Assembly (NCBI GenBank): GCA_030141605.1
Contig: JAQGDQ010000087.1
Coordinates: forward strand, 372,001 to 436,000
Reading direction: 5' to 3'
Source: Tubiluchus corallicola
Lineage: Eukaryota; Animalia; Priapulida
DNA: 64,000 nt
The notes beneath the pieces are model-generated. The model was not told where the DNA came from and did not search any database. It saw only the letters and a list, made by a program, of their open reading frames with translations. Shown here piece after piece: positions 25,801 through 36,811 of the stretch. Numbering within the stretch: the stretch's first letter is position 1; every line of letters starts with the position of its first letter. Both the position numbers and the translations under genes were made by a program.

Positions 25801-28800
25801 GTAGAAAAGGGGGGGGGCAGTGAGGAAAAAGGGGAGGTAGGCAGTGACAATGTTGCCATTAGGAGCAGTTAATAAGTAACTTTTTGTTTTCTACAATGAA
25901 TGACAAAATATACATCATAAACACTAAGGTAAAGGAACACGTATACAATTTATACAGAAGAAAATCTTGTTGTGTGTTCGCATGTGTGTATGAAGAAGGA
26001 GGGATGCTAGGAATCCACTGAAAGCCAAGGGGGCACCAGTCTGGATAAGTATGAGAACCACTGTTATAAGAGGATATCACTCTTACATAATTACTGAATA
26101 CTTTAAAGGAAAAAGCCAACCCTCGAACAACATTCATTGTATATTAATACACATTTAAAAATATTGAAATTACCAAATAATATAAGCTGATTAGCTGATA
26201 TAGACTGATTAACAACAACTTCAAAGTGCTTACTTAACTTTAATTAGCTTTTTCACAGTTCCACGATTGATCATGTCGTTGTGTCACATTGAGATGTGTA
26301 AGTGTACTACTCACAATAATTACTCATAAACATGAAATTCTTATCTGGTTTAGTAGGCTACGAGCATACAGAAAGTGTCAGGTGGTTTACTTAGCTTACA
26401 GAAAGTGCCAGGTGGTTTACTTAGCTTTTAGAGCTCAATTAGTATCTTGTTAAAATAATAATTCTGTTACCTTGTCAGTGTTAACTAGCCAAGTTGGGGG
26501 TCATGACATTATCGTCAGTAACTGGTTTTCATTACATAGTGGACAACGGGATTCGTCAAAAAACAAAAATACTATTGATTTCTCCTTTAACGTTTTGGAT
26601 TATTTGTAGTTGATGTAGCAATTGCTGCTGCAAAAAAGGTTCATGCAAGCACTTGGCATGATAAGCGTTTACATAACACGGTATCCAGATGACGCCATTT
26701 TGCATTCAAAATGAGAGGACCCAAGCGTGAAGTGATCGCAATTTTAAATTGATTTTACGTGAGGCACTAATCACAGTTTTACTGCTGAAACTTTCTAACA
26801 TTTTTGTAAAATATTAAAATAAACTCTATTTTCTGAGAGCTATGGCTTTTCCTTTAAAATAAAAATACTAATATGATGATGATGATGATGATAATAATAA
26901 TGTGATTTACACATATACCAATAATGCTTCAGTATCACAAAGTTTTTCCTTTCCTAGAAGAACCAAAGATGCATAGCCACAAAAACTATATCCTCCATGG
27001 GCTTCCATACTGGGTACTCCGGCGAATCCGCCTTCATAAGTCTGACACCTACAATAAATTATTCGCACATTTAAAAATTCATGTAAATAATGAGCAAAGA
27101 AATGAAACTATACCTTCAGAATAAACAAAACAAATAAAACGTCATGTCCTATATATTTGTTATAACCAAGCGTATAAACTCTCTTTAACGCTACTGTAAA
27201 GACATAAAAATAATTTCTGTAGATAGTTAGTACTGTACAAAATAGAAAACTTACCCTACTATCCACTCAGCTGTGTCCTTAAACAACTCATCAGTTGCAA
27301 TATTAGTTAGCCTAGCCACAGCCAATGCACAGTATGCTCCCCTGCAATCAACAAATTAAAATGTTTTGTGCATTTTGCTATCAAAAACTGAGATATAATA
27401 AAGATTTGAGCAAAAGTTTGAAAGACACAGCAGATGTTGCAGACAAGATGTCTTAGAAAGGTACCATAAACGGACAATTGTTAAATTGTTCCAGTAGTTC
27501 CATATCACATACATAACCTTCAAAATGCATAGCTAATGAATGGTTTACAAACTCGTTAAAAAAAGAGGTACCTGGCACCTAGAAGAAATCAACTTAAAGC
27601 AAAACTGGACCCAATTTCAAACTGTAGGTCAAAACAAAATCTACTCTTTAAAATATTGAAAGGAAACATACTACTTTTTCAAAAATGGCTTACTTGAAAG
27701 AATTATTACCACACAAACACAATTTCATGCCGCAAGTTCTTCGCTGTTACATTACTAATAACTTTTGCCATTAGTTAGATGGGCACTAGCGCCTGCATTT
27801 CGGATACGCATTGCACAAAAAACACACGCTGTACCTCTCAGTTCAGATGTGTTAGTTTGTGACAAACTACACACGTTCGACAGCTCATGCGTGAGCACAG
27901 CGGTAAATTTGGAATTTGAATTTTTGTCTTAAAACTTGCCTAGTTTTAGTACAAAACACTGAATATCTTACAGTAGCATTATACTTCAATTTTCGCTTTC
28001 GCAAATGCATGCAACACGCTCGTGGAATTTTGCTGTTGAAAATTATGTTAATTTGTGATGTCATCAATAATTGGGCTTGCCCGCCATTAATTAAGTTTTT
28101 AATCTATTATTTAATTATCAGAAATGTTTTCATCAGAAATTCTTACATGAAATGTTTTTGCAGTATTAATTGTGTCAAAATGTAAATTTTTATTCAACTT
28201 CAAAATGAGGCAGTATATGAAAAATCGCCCTGTCTTCAAAGAAGGGAATTGAAAAGAATACAATGCAGATGACACCAATTTCAGACACAAAAAACTAAGT
28301 TCAAACAGAACTGTGAACAAAATGTAAAAAAACTACCAAACTATTGTTTCCATGACAACGTGCATCGAAATGCCACTGCTTTATTGCCAGTTTTTGATTT
28401 ATTATGATTTTGCTACATACAGCACTTTCTTTCACTACAGACTCTGTGCAGACTAAATACATCTCACCAAAGTGAACTTGCCTGACATCAGCTTCGCCGT
28501 TGATGTGCATCATAAAAGACCCTTCTGGAGTTTTCATTCTTTTTAAATACGACTGTAACGTTTCCCTACATAAAAAAATGCGATAACCAAATTTTACATA
28601 ACAATTAAAAATATACACACTAACATACACCAGCCAACTATTTGATGAAACGCAGAGCCCAGAAATCATCTCAGCTCTGGCATGGGTCTAGGGGCAAATT
28701 ACATGCCTGAAGTGTTCGCTTTTTTGGGTATCAAAATCAAATTATCAAAAAATTTATCAAAAAATTATCAAATCATCACACGCACGCACGCACGCACCCA

Positions 28801-31800
28801 TATTTCATGGTATCCAGATGTTGTGGATATATATATCCAAAACACAACTTGCAGCTAAGGTTTATAATTCCCTACACACAAGAAATTGTTTCGTGAAGCA
28901 GATTTATATATATATGTGTATATATTATATTATATAATAAATTATTATATTATATAATATTATATTATATAAATATATAATCGATAAATAGATTTATATA
29001 TCTTATATACAACATATATATGTGTGTGCGTGCGTGTGTGTGTGTATCAAAAAATGTTATTTTATACACATGAAAAAAGCTTAATACTTAATAGCAGCCA
29101 AATGTGGTTAATTACTCACTTACTGTAATTACGGTGCTTCAATTACTGTAGCACCCTTTACTATAACATACATCACGAGGCTCATAAACTCTACTGTATT
29201 ATTAAGAATAGTACTACTAATTGTGTGGCAAAGGAAACCAGGAGATTTTGCAAACATGTGTGTGGAGTTGTGGAATGCATGAAAACTGAAATCCGATGCA
29301 TGTGTGGATGTGAAAGACTCAAAATACATGCGACATACACCTAATGTACGAGACTTGACACCTTTGCACAAATGTAACAAAAGCATGAAAATCGAAATTG
29401 TAACCTGACATAGAAATTTTGGCAGTAATGTATTAAATCAGTATTTTTTTATTACAAATTATTTTAATTAATTAATTGTCTATAGTTTTTGCTGCTGATT
29501 GTAATTAGTTAACATACTCTAGGCTACAGTGATGAGCTCGTTACTTTTAAAAAGTAATCTGCCACGGCTTCCAATTACTACGGAAAAAATTGAAATCAAA
29601 TTACTCATGACTCATTCCTTTTAGCAAGGGTAATTCCTTACTGATTACTTATTACTTTCGTGTGTTAGTTCGAATGAAACATTAGCGAAAAGTTTGCATT
29701 TCTTGCTTTTAGTAAAATTGTCTAAATCTAAATCAGTCATTAGATTAATTCACTCTACAATTTCCTAGCAAAACTCACTGCAATGTTATTTTTATAATGC
29801 AGGTAACAGTATTTCCTCTGCACACAAAGTGCACTGCGCTGTATTTTAGTTTGTCCTGCATGTGCAAAATCAAAATGGTCATATGTCAAAAATTCCTGCT
29901 TGCTGAACTGATGATGAAGTCTGAATTTTGTCATCTGTATCTACTGCAAACACCTGTACACACACAAAAGTGTTCAGTTACGTTAATTCCCCGAGGCCAG
30001 GGACTACTAAATCTACTAAAACTAGTCCCAGACTGGGCCTGGCATTACTCAGCTACATATCTGTGCAGGTGACCAAGCACCGAGTGAATAAAACAATGAG
30101 CTAAACATGTAGAAGCTCTTATCAAGCAGTAAGACTATCAAGTGAAGTCATTATTTAAGCGAAGTAATAAACTGGCATGTGCAGTTTATAATTTTACATG
30201 TAGGCATTGGGTGGCAGAGATAAACAAAAGGAAGGCAGCTAAATAGATCAAAACAGCCTAGTTTAAAATGTTACCCTTGGATAGCTAAGTAATGCAGGTT
30301 TAATAGCATTACTGCCAAAGTAACACGTAATCTGATTACAAGACTGAGCAGAGTAATTGTGTTACATTACTCGTTACTATACAATGTAATCTGATTACAG
30401 CAATGCATTACTATCTAACACTGTTAGGCAAGACATTTTTGCAGAATAATACCACAACAGCAATCATACCTGTTAATAATATTGTAAGCTTCTGGAGTTC
30501 CTAATATACACAATGCATTAACAGCAGCGTAGGTAGGTGCAAGGTGGGCCAGCTGAGTAGGACCACCAGCAAATCCACCATCAGAGCACTGACATTTCCC
30601 CAAAAACCTGGCAACTCTATAACAAAAGAGAGAAACTTGAGAATAACAATGTTCATATTGTGAACATATTGAACATGACATTGTTCATCATATTAATGAA
30701 AACATGACATTAGTGAGAATATTATATTCTCACTAATATTAATTGCTAATAATTCTCATTAATTATTTGCTAATAATATCTGAATATGAGAGTATTCAAA
30801 AACTGTTTCTATTGTACATTATTCACAATTAGCTGTATTATACTACATATCGCACACAGATGTATTTCCGTAAACAACTGAATTATGACTAAAATAGCAA
30901 TCAAAAAAATCTAATCCTTTCTCCTCATGCGATGTCATCATTTTTAAGTTTCTGTGACAGATTAATTTAACAACAAATTATTCAAAAGCTCAAAGCAACA
31001 AAGAAAAGCCTTTTAACTTTTTCAATTCAGCTAAAGCTGCAACACTTGGCAACCTTATGTTGCATCCATAAAATTTAAAACTACCCCCAACACTGCCATC
31101 TATCATGAAACTTCATTAAAGACACATACATAAAATTTTATAGGAATCTTACTCTGATTTAAGTACGTCGGGAACAGGTTCATCCAGTACTTCCAAACTG
31201 TGCAAAATCCAATAGCAAAGCCATGGTCTGCTGGCATCTAAACACTATAAACAACAGATTATATAACTAATAACAGTTTCTTAATTATTTTTTATTAAAT
31301 TAGTTACTTCTGACTCACGGCAATGGATCTTTAAAGTAAATGTCAACAAATGAAAAGTTTTTGCCAAAATAATTCACTCAAGGTAACAAATAGATTACAG
31401 ATTAGTCTTCCATATACGAGTACCAAATTTTTTAACCATATCTTCCTTGGGTTTACAATTCACCCGGGTAAATCCAGCCATAATATTCCTCTCATTATGA
31501 TGTACTATACTGATGCACAAAACTTAGTTTGTCTATATTTCTCTTTTACTTTAGAATTATACAAAGTGATATGCATAATTTATTAAGTCTTAATATTTCA
31601 ACAAATATGTTATATTATTTAAAAAGAGATATTAACAAAGACACTAGCAAGTATATAAAAAAAGATATTACGGTTTAAATAAATTTGGCTACATCATTTC
31701 TATATTCTGTAACAAATCCAATAGATTCCACTTATCAATGAAGATTAATTTATTTAACTAACAATAATTCTTGACAAATTTACAAATTTTCTCACTTCAT

Positions 31801-34509
31801 ATGATTCAGGAAGCTCTTTCAATCCTTTCAGAAGAAAATGGATGTGCTTCTTCCTCATTAATTCCGGAGATCTATAGAAAAAAAGGAACATTTAGTCCAA
31901 ATACTTTAATTTATTGACAAGCGTGACAATCTAAAATTATTCTTATACAACTTTCTTACACGATTTGTCATTTCAAATTAGCATATAGTTCATACATATA
32001 GTGAGAGACTGAAGCAGAGTCAGTTGCTACTACATCGGCTGACTCACACAGTAAATCAGCTAGCCCGGCTGAGGTTAATTGACTTTTCAGCTGAATTGGC
32101 TTAAAGAAAAAATCAGCTAAGTCACCTAAAGCTACAATTTTTGTTAACTAAATAAATGATAAATTGTTAGTTAACTGTTGCATTATGGAGATAATTTTTT
32201 TAACTAATTCACGTTGCTTATACACATAAAAAAGCTGATGTACAAATTCAAATAATGCTATTACAGATCAATTTTTTTATTATTATAAAAAAGCAATAGA
32301 TTCATTGCATATATAATTTAAATCCAACTCTTGGCGAGGCTTATCTTGATTACCAACGAATCAATACCAAAACACCAAAATCTTCCCATACGTGTGACTA
32401 GCGTCGCCCACTTGAGTACTTAATTTCGAATTCACCAGCTTTCTCGCTCAAAAATTTCTAAAGTTTAGCTTCTCTGCCAGCACACACACAATTTGACCGC
32501 GAATCTGCAGTGCATTTGCCATATTTCAACCACTGATTTGCAGTGTCAGATGATTATCGCAAGAGCAAAAATCTTAGCAGCCGGCAAAAAGTGTCGGCTA
32601 GCTCGACTCCTATCACAGAGCAGCTGGTGCGACTAACGCTGGGTTTCTTATTGGCTAGATTAACTGTAGAAATAAACCAGCTGGAGCTCAGCTGAAACAG
32701 CGCAGCACATCGAGCAGTGTTGCTGTTTATACCATAAGTATAGGAACATATAATAATTTAAGGATTTGTACCATACAAAAAAGAGGTTATACAATAATCA
32801 GTAATTATACGATACTTTAGTAATGCGAAACAAAAAATAGCAGAAAATGTGCACTGAAAATTTTTATAACATTACTGCTAACAGACATTGATTTCAAGTG
32901 AATTTAAATATTCCAAGAATCAGCTATAAACATTCACAAACTTGAAAAACAATTTTTTCCTCCCTCCATACTGATATTTTTTAAGCTCATAAGGTAAAAC
33001 AGAAACAATTTTTTTGTGGCCAGCCCTAATACTAAAGCACTGATGCAAAGCTCAACTGATATCCTATCCTATAACAATGAACACAAAAAATATGTCCATT
33101 AAATGTCTGCAGTAAATAATTTATTGAAAAATGGAAAACACAATGACATTCTAACATTTAACAAACTTATTCATAAACTGTCCATTGTTCTTTTAAAACA
33201 TACAAATACTCACGTGGGATCTAAATCTACAGCATGGCGGAACCAATTATAGAGCGTACCGACACTAGATTCAACTTTCATCTGCAAAAAAATAATGTCA
33301 AGCAGTGAGAACTCTAAGCTAGATGACTAATGTTTGCACTTACCAAGAGAGTGAAATAGCATTGCACACAGCAGTCTTCACTTAAAGAATATGAAGGTAT
33401 GTTTAAAAAATTTAACTGGAAATGATGTAATTCAAGTTAATTCAAATGATCATAAAATCTACGTAACACTAGGATGTAGTATTATTATATATAACCGAAA
33501 TGTATAATGTCAAATGCAATGTTTGTCAGTTAAATTAGAGATTTTCTTACACTTGCAGATTCAAAAACACAACTGTACCTACTGTAACTCAGGAACATGA
33601 TTTCAGTAGTCTCAAACGTAATTATCAATTTTTGGTCTCAACAACATTTTAAAATACAAATGCATAAAAAAGCCGAAACTGATGCATGGGATCCATTATA
33701 TAGGGACTACAACAGTACTTATTTTTCTCACTTGAAAGACAAATTAGAGAGAAAGCATAAATGTTAAAAGTGAGAGAGAAAACGTGTGAAAAAAACAAGA
33801 GAGACGACTACAGACAAAAAGCCTACTTATAGGCTTCGCCATGTCAATCTACGGTAACCTAACAGTAATCAAACTTTAGGATAAATCTCACTGTTGTGAA
33901 ATCTCACTGTCACTCATTTTGTATCTCTCGCCTCTTGGTGCATCTCTAATCGTAAGAGAAGGCTCAGAAGATACTGTACATTCATAACTGTATTAATTTT
34001 ATAGATGTATATGCCTGGTAATGTCAGCGCGATTGAAAGTAGCAAAAGTTCCAAGCACCTATCTACAGTAGGTCAATTTAGTAATTTACTGTTTAGCTTA
34101 ACGTTAATAAAGTCTTTAAAAATTAAAGATTTAGAACAAACCCAAACCCTAGTGAAGGAATTAAAGCATTTGAAAAATGTACACTGAGTAACATCAACGA
34201 GTTCTAAGCTTTAAAAAGCGGGCTCTACAATAGCCTAAAAAACCTTTAGCTATAAACAGAGATCTACCTACTACGTAAGACAATGCCTAAATTTTCCTGT
34301 ACTATATTTGTAGAAATAGTTAGCAAAGGGATCCTAAATCAAGGTATGTCGGGTGAAGTCAGCATGACATAAAATAACTATATTATTGTGCAAAACGTGC
34401 GATAACAGTAAAAACGTACTTGTTCAAGAAAGCTCTCTGTAGTCAAACCATCATCTTTAGAGCGATCATTCTGAAAATCGTCTCGCAAACACCGCAACAA
34501 GGATGCCAT
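19816..34509 (-). CDS. FNTB: Protein farnesyltransferase subunit beta, complete, 405 aa
   Basis: 13 exons with consistent phases: 34509-34420, 33281-33214, 31871-31796, 31244-31153 (CLDASRPWLCYWILHSL), 30616-30470 (GGFAGGPTQLAHLAPTYAAVNAL), 28565-28482 (GSFMMHINGEADV, GC donor), 27341-27255 (RGAYCA), 27048-26919 (CQTYEGGFAG..MEAHGGYSFCG), 25318-25186 (EGGFQGRTNKLVDGCYSFW), 24667-24626, 23788-23719 (GGLIDKP), 21452-21338 (RDFYHTCYCLSGLS), 19899-19816 (LPVHPVYNIG...KLPVP*). Total 1218 nt. Zinc ligands (D and C in DGC, H in FYH) and the FTase-type RPWLCYW tryptophans are present. Confidence 0.97.
20163..20284. repeat. Dispersed repeat fragment, copy 1 (second copy at 33746-33854)
   Basis: Both copies share GAGAGAGAAAACGTGTGA...AACAAGAGAGAC.ACTA...AAAAAGCCTACT...GGCTTC...TGTC.ATCTACGGT; class unknown. 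Confidence 0.7.
22422..23463 (+). mobile_element. Non-autonomous hAT (Charlie/SPIN-like) element, 1042 bp
   Basis: Perfect 14-bp TIR CAGGGGTGTGCAAA...TTTGCACACCCCTG; perfect 8-bp TSD CATTAGGT (22414-22421 and 23464-23471); subterminal GGCCCG motifs; internal hairpin 22802-22961; transposase N-terminus-like relic at 23115-23157. Confidence 0.92.
25780..26063. mobile_element. hAT/Charlie-like MITE
   Basis: Termini CAGTGTTTCCCAAAGTGGG ... GAGAACCACTG; the 8-bp flanks TTATACAG / TTATAAGA match only partly. Confidence 0.6.
26103..26857. mobile_element. TTAA-flanked MITE (Kolobok-like), family A
   Basis: TTAA|AGGAAAAAGCCA ... TGGCTTTTCCT|TTAA; homologous to 7269-7798; contains a 30-bp tandem duplication at 26368-26427. 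Confidence 0.75.
27594..28095 (-). mobile_element. TTAA-flanked MITE (Kolobok-like), family B, inverted relative to 41621-42253
   Basis: Reverse complement matches 41700-42253 (e.g. AAGGAAACATACTACTTTTTCAAAAATGGCTTAC vs GTAAGTCATTTTTGACAAAATAGTATGTTCCCTT; GATGGGCACTAG vs CTAGTGCCCATC). Right end approximate. Confidence 0.7.
28777..29045. repeat. Low-complexity block: (CACG)n, AT-rich (TA/TTA) tract, (TG/TGCG)n
   Basis: Direct reading. Confidence 0.8.
29527..30423. mobile_element. Older non-autonomous hAT-like element
   Basis: Termini CAGTGATG ... CTAACACTG; dense subterminal GTAAT/ATTAC/GTTAC motifs at both ends; 8-bp flanks CTAGGCTA / TTAGGCAA (6 of 8 match). Confidence 0.65.
33746..33854. 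repeat. Dispersed repeat fragment, copy 2 (see 20163-20284)
   Basis: Visual alignment with 20163-20284, same orientation. Confidence 0.7.
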
Positions 34510-34562
34510 TTTTCTACAGTAACTCACTAACTGCGGCTACTTTTTTATTAAACATGGATAGC

Positions 34563-34670
34563 TGTAGTCAACGTCGCGCAACGTCCACGACTAAAGCATT
34601 AGTGATAGCATTGACGTATAAAGTAATAACGTATAACAATTGACGTACAATAGTATTGACGTATAACAAT
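34563..34670 (-). promoter_or_regulatory. Putative FNTB proximal promoter with clustered TGACGTA motifs
   Basis: CpG-rich patch CAACGTCGCGCAACGTCCACG followed by three ATTGACGTA and one TAACGTA within about 60 bp, roughly 100-160 bp upstream of the FNTB ATG. Confidence 0.45.
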
Positions 34671-35837
34671 AAAGTAATCCATACTACTAGTCTACTACCC
34701 ATTGTTAAATAATTGAATTAAAAAAGGTCAGTTTTTCTTTCTAAATAATTATGTAAAACTCGTCTGCTTAAAGCCAAACAGCGAAGTACACATTCGTTAA
34801 ATTGTAGCTTATCTAACTATGGCCTTTAGTTCGTGATACTAAATATAAATACGGGCACATAAGTCTAAAAAATTCTTAAAAACAATCACAGCAGATGGTC
34901 CACCAGATACTTGATACTGCCATACATGCCGGTTATGAATTGCCTGTACCAATACAAGACCCTTCTCCTTCTTTCTTCTTCTCCTTTATTCGTCTATAGA
35001 GAAGGCCGTCTTTTAACTTGAAATCTTTAACAACTATGCATAGTTTCCACCCACATAATATGATATTATAATTATTTCACATCGCTTGAATTGGATGTTA
35101 CTTATGACTGGTTGTATTGTGGGAAGAAAATATTTTCTTCAGTAGATGTAGTTGAATGTCCAATTGAAACCAACAAATTGTGTTTAAAATAAAAATAACA
35201 ACTATATCAGGCCGCTTGATATACAAACACACCTTCTTGTATATTTTATTTGGACAGCATCTTTACAAGCACTAAACTCACTTATCTGTTTCTTTAAGAT
35301 ACTTGTTTAACTTTTCAATCTGTTATCTAAAATTCTATTTAATACAGTGGGCAAATCCATTAGTCAATCTTTATTTAAAAGGCCCAATGCAATCTAAACA
35401 CTTCTAAGTAATTTCAGTTTAAAACTAAAAGCTAGTATTTTGTAATTTTTGTTCTTTGTAATTTTAACTAGACTTTAGTGACTAACAATGGAAACACTAA
35501 CAATGTTAAGAATTTACATAACATAAGTTTTTGCTAAGGTGGGGTTCAACAATGATGAGTAAATGATAACACAGAACAATTTATTACATCGAAACACTGG
35601 TGAATCAACTCAGAGTCTGTCACTATATAGTGCGCGAACCGTGGTTCTGTGTGTCTCTTATAGCCTATATGTAGTGGATAGGAGCAGATCAAATTACTAA
35701 ATGCCTTGAAAGTCACTGAATCTTACCTCAATAAATCACATTGTGGTAATCCCATAGGACCTGAGGGGAAAATAATTCAAAAACATCTGATATACAATCT
35801 TGTGTGACATATCTGCAAAACATTTGGAAGATTATGT

Positions 35838-35990
35838 GTTTGCTCTGATTGCTTTGAGTTTTTGATCACACTACATTAAGGTCAAGATATTGTAATCTGT
35901 GAGAGATGCACTATAAGCTTCCACCATAAAATTCTAATCGAGGGCATGACATCCCTCTATTGATTCAACAATATTTTCTTGTAATAAATT
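35838..35990 (+). pseudogene. Decayed PHD-type zinc-finger coding relic (probably transposon-derived)
   Basis: A single frame reads VCSDCFEFLITLH*GQDIVICERCTISFHHK (C-x2-C-x15-C-x2-C-x4-H) with an in-frame stop; FSCNK follows in a shifted frame. Confidence 0.4.
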
Positions 35991-36162
35991 CTTTTATACT
36001 GTTACTTGTTGTTTTTGGAACTAACCCAACCAAAAAAAGGTTATATTACACCCAGTATAATCTCGTTTCTTTGCTTCAGTGTGTTGCACTTGGCCCGGTT
36101 TAGTATCCAAATGCAAATTGGTTAACTATTTAATACACAGACAGAAATTTTCATCTGGCCAG

Positions 36163-36533
36163 TAGGGGTGAGTATCGAATTCGATACGAACAAGTTTTTT
36201 ATTCGAATTCGATTGAAACCTAAAACTATAGATTCAAATTCAACACCTCAGCCACATATGTTCTTTATCGTTGAAACGTTTGATACATCATGCAATTAGC
36301 ATAATTTATTTGTGGTTTCTATGTAAACAAATTATTAGTAGTTTACTCCAGAAGAAAATCAAGTAATACGCCTGATCTTTGTAAGACTGACTTTACTGGT
36401 GGTTCGAAATCTTGTTCTAAAATCTATCAATCTCAATTTGAATTCGAAACACTGAAGCTCGGTTCAACTCGAATGTCACAAATTCGATTCGAATCGAATT
36501 TGCTTTTTAGTAGAGAATGTCCACTCACCCCTA
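36163..36533. mobile_element. hAT-type MITE, 371 bp
   Basis: TIR TAGGGGTGAGT...ACTCACCCCTA; perfect 8-bp TSD CTGGCCAG (36155-36162 and 36534-36541); many subterminal TCGAA/TTCGA motifs. Confidence 0.9.
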
Positions 36534-36599
36534 CTGGCCAGTGGACAGTGACCAAAGCATTGTGCAAATAAAATAAAATTGAACCGAGTAACAAGGATA

Positions 36600-36811
36600 A
36601 AATGACGTCATAACATTTGTACTAGTTGAAGCTGGTAGCTTTTGCGCGATGCGCATATTTCATGTGAAATTGTGAATTGTGTCGTGAGTTAATAACTGGA
36701 TGTTTACTGAGAACTTATGATTTTGTTATTCAGTTGTTACGCTTGTCTGCTACCATTTGAGTCATGCGTTTCATTGAATCTCACTGTACAGAATCACGTT
36801 AAAATTGTCAG
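36600..36811 (+). promoter_or_regulatory. Putative tubby promoter and non-coding first exon
   Basis: Full CRE palindrome TGACGTCA at 36603-36610, CpG-rich TTTTGCGCGATGCGCA, candidate donor CAG|GTATTT at 36811/36812; downstream sequence becomes T-rich on plus, like the introns of the plus-strand MAX gene. Inferred only. Confidence 0.4.

Noticed and set aside
32015-32720. Segment with CAGCT/AGCTG-rich ends, possibly a transposon
   Set aside because: No clear TIR pair or TSD could be defined by eye.
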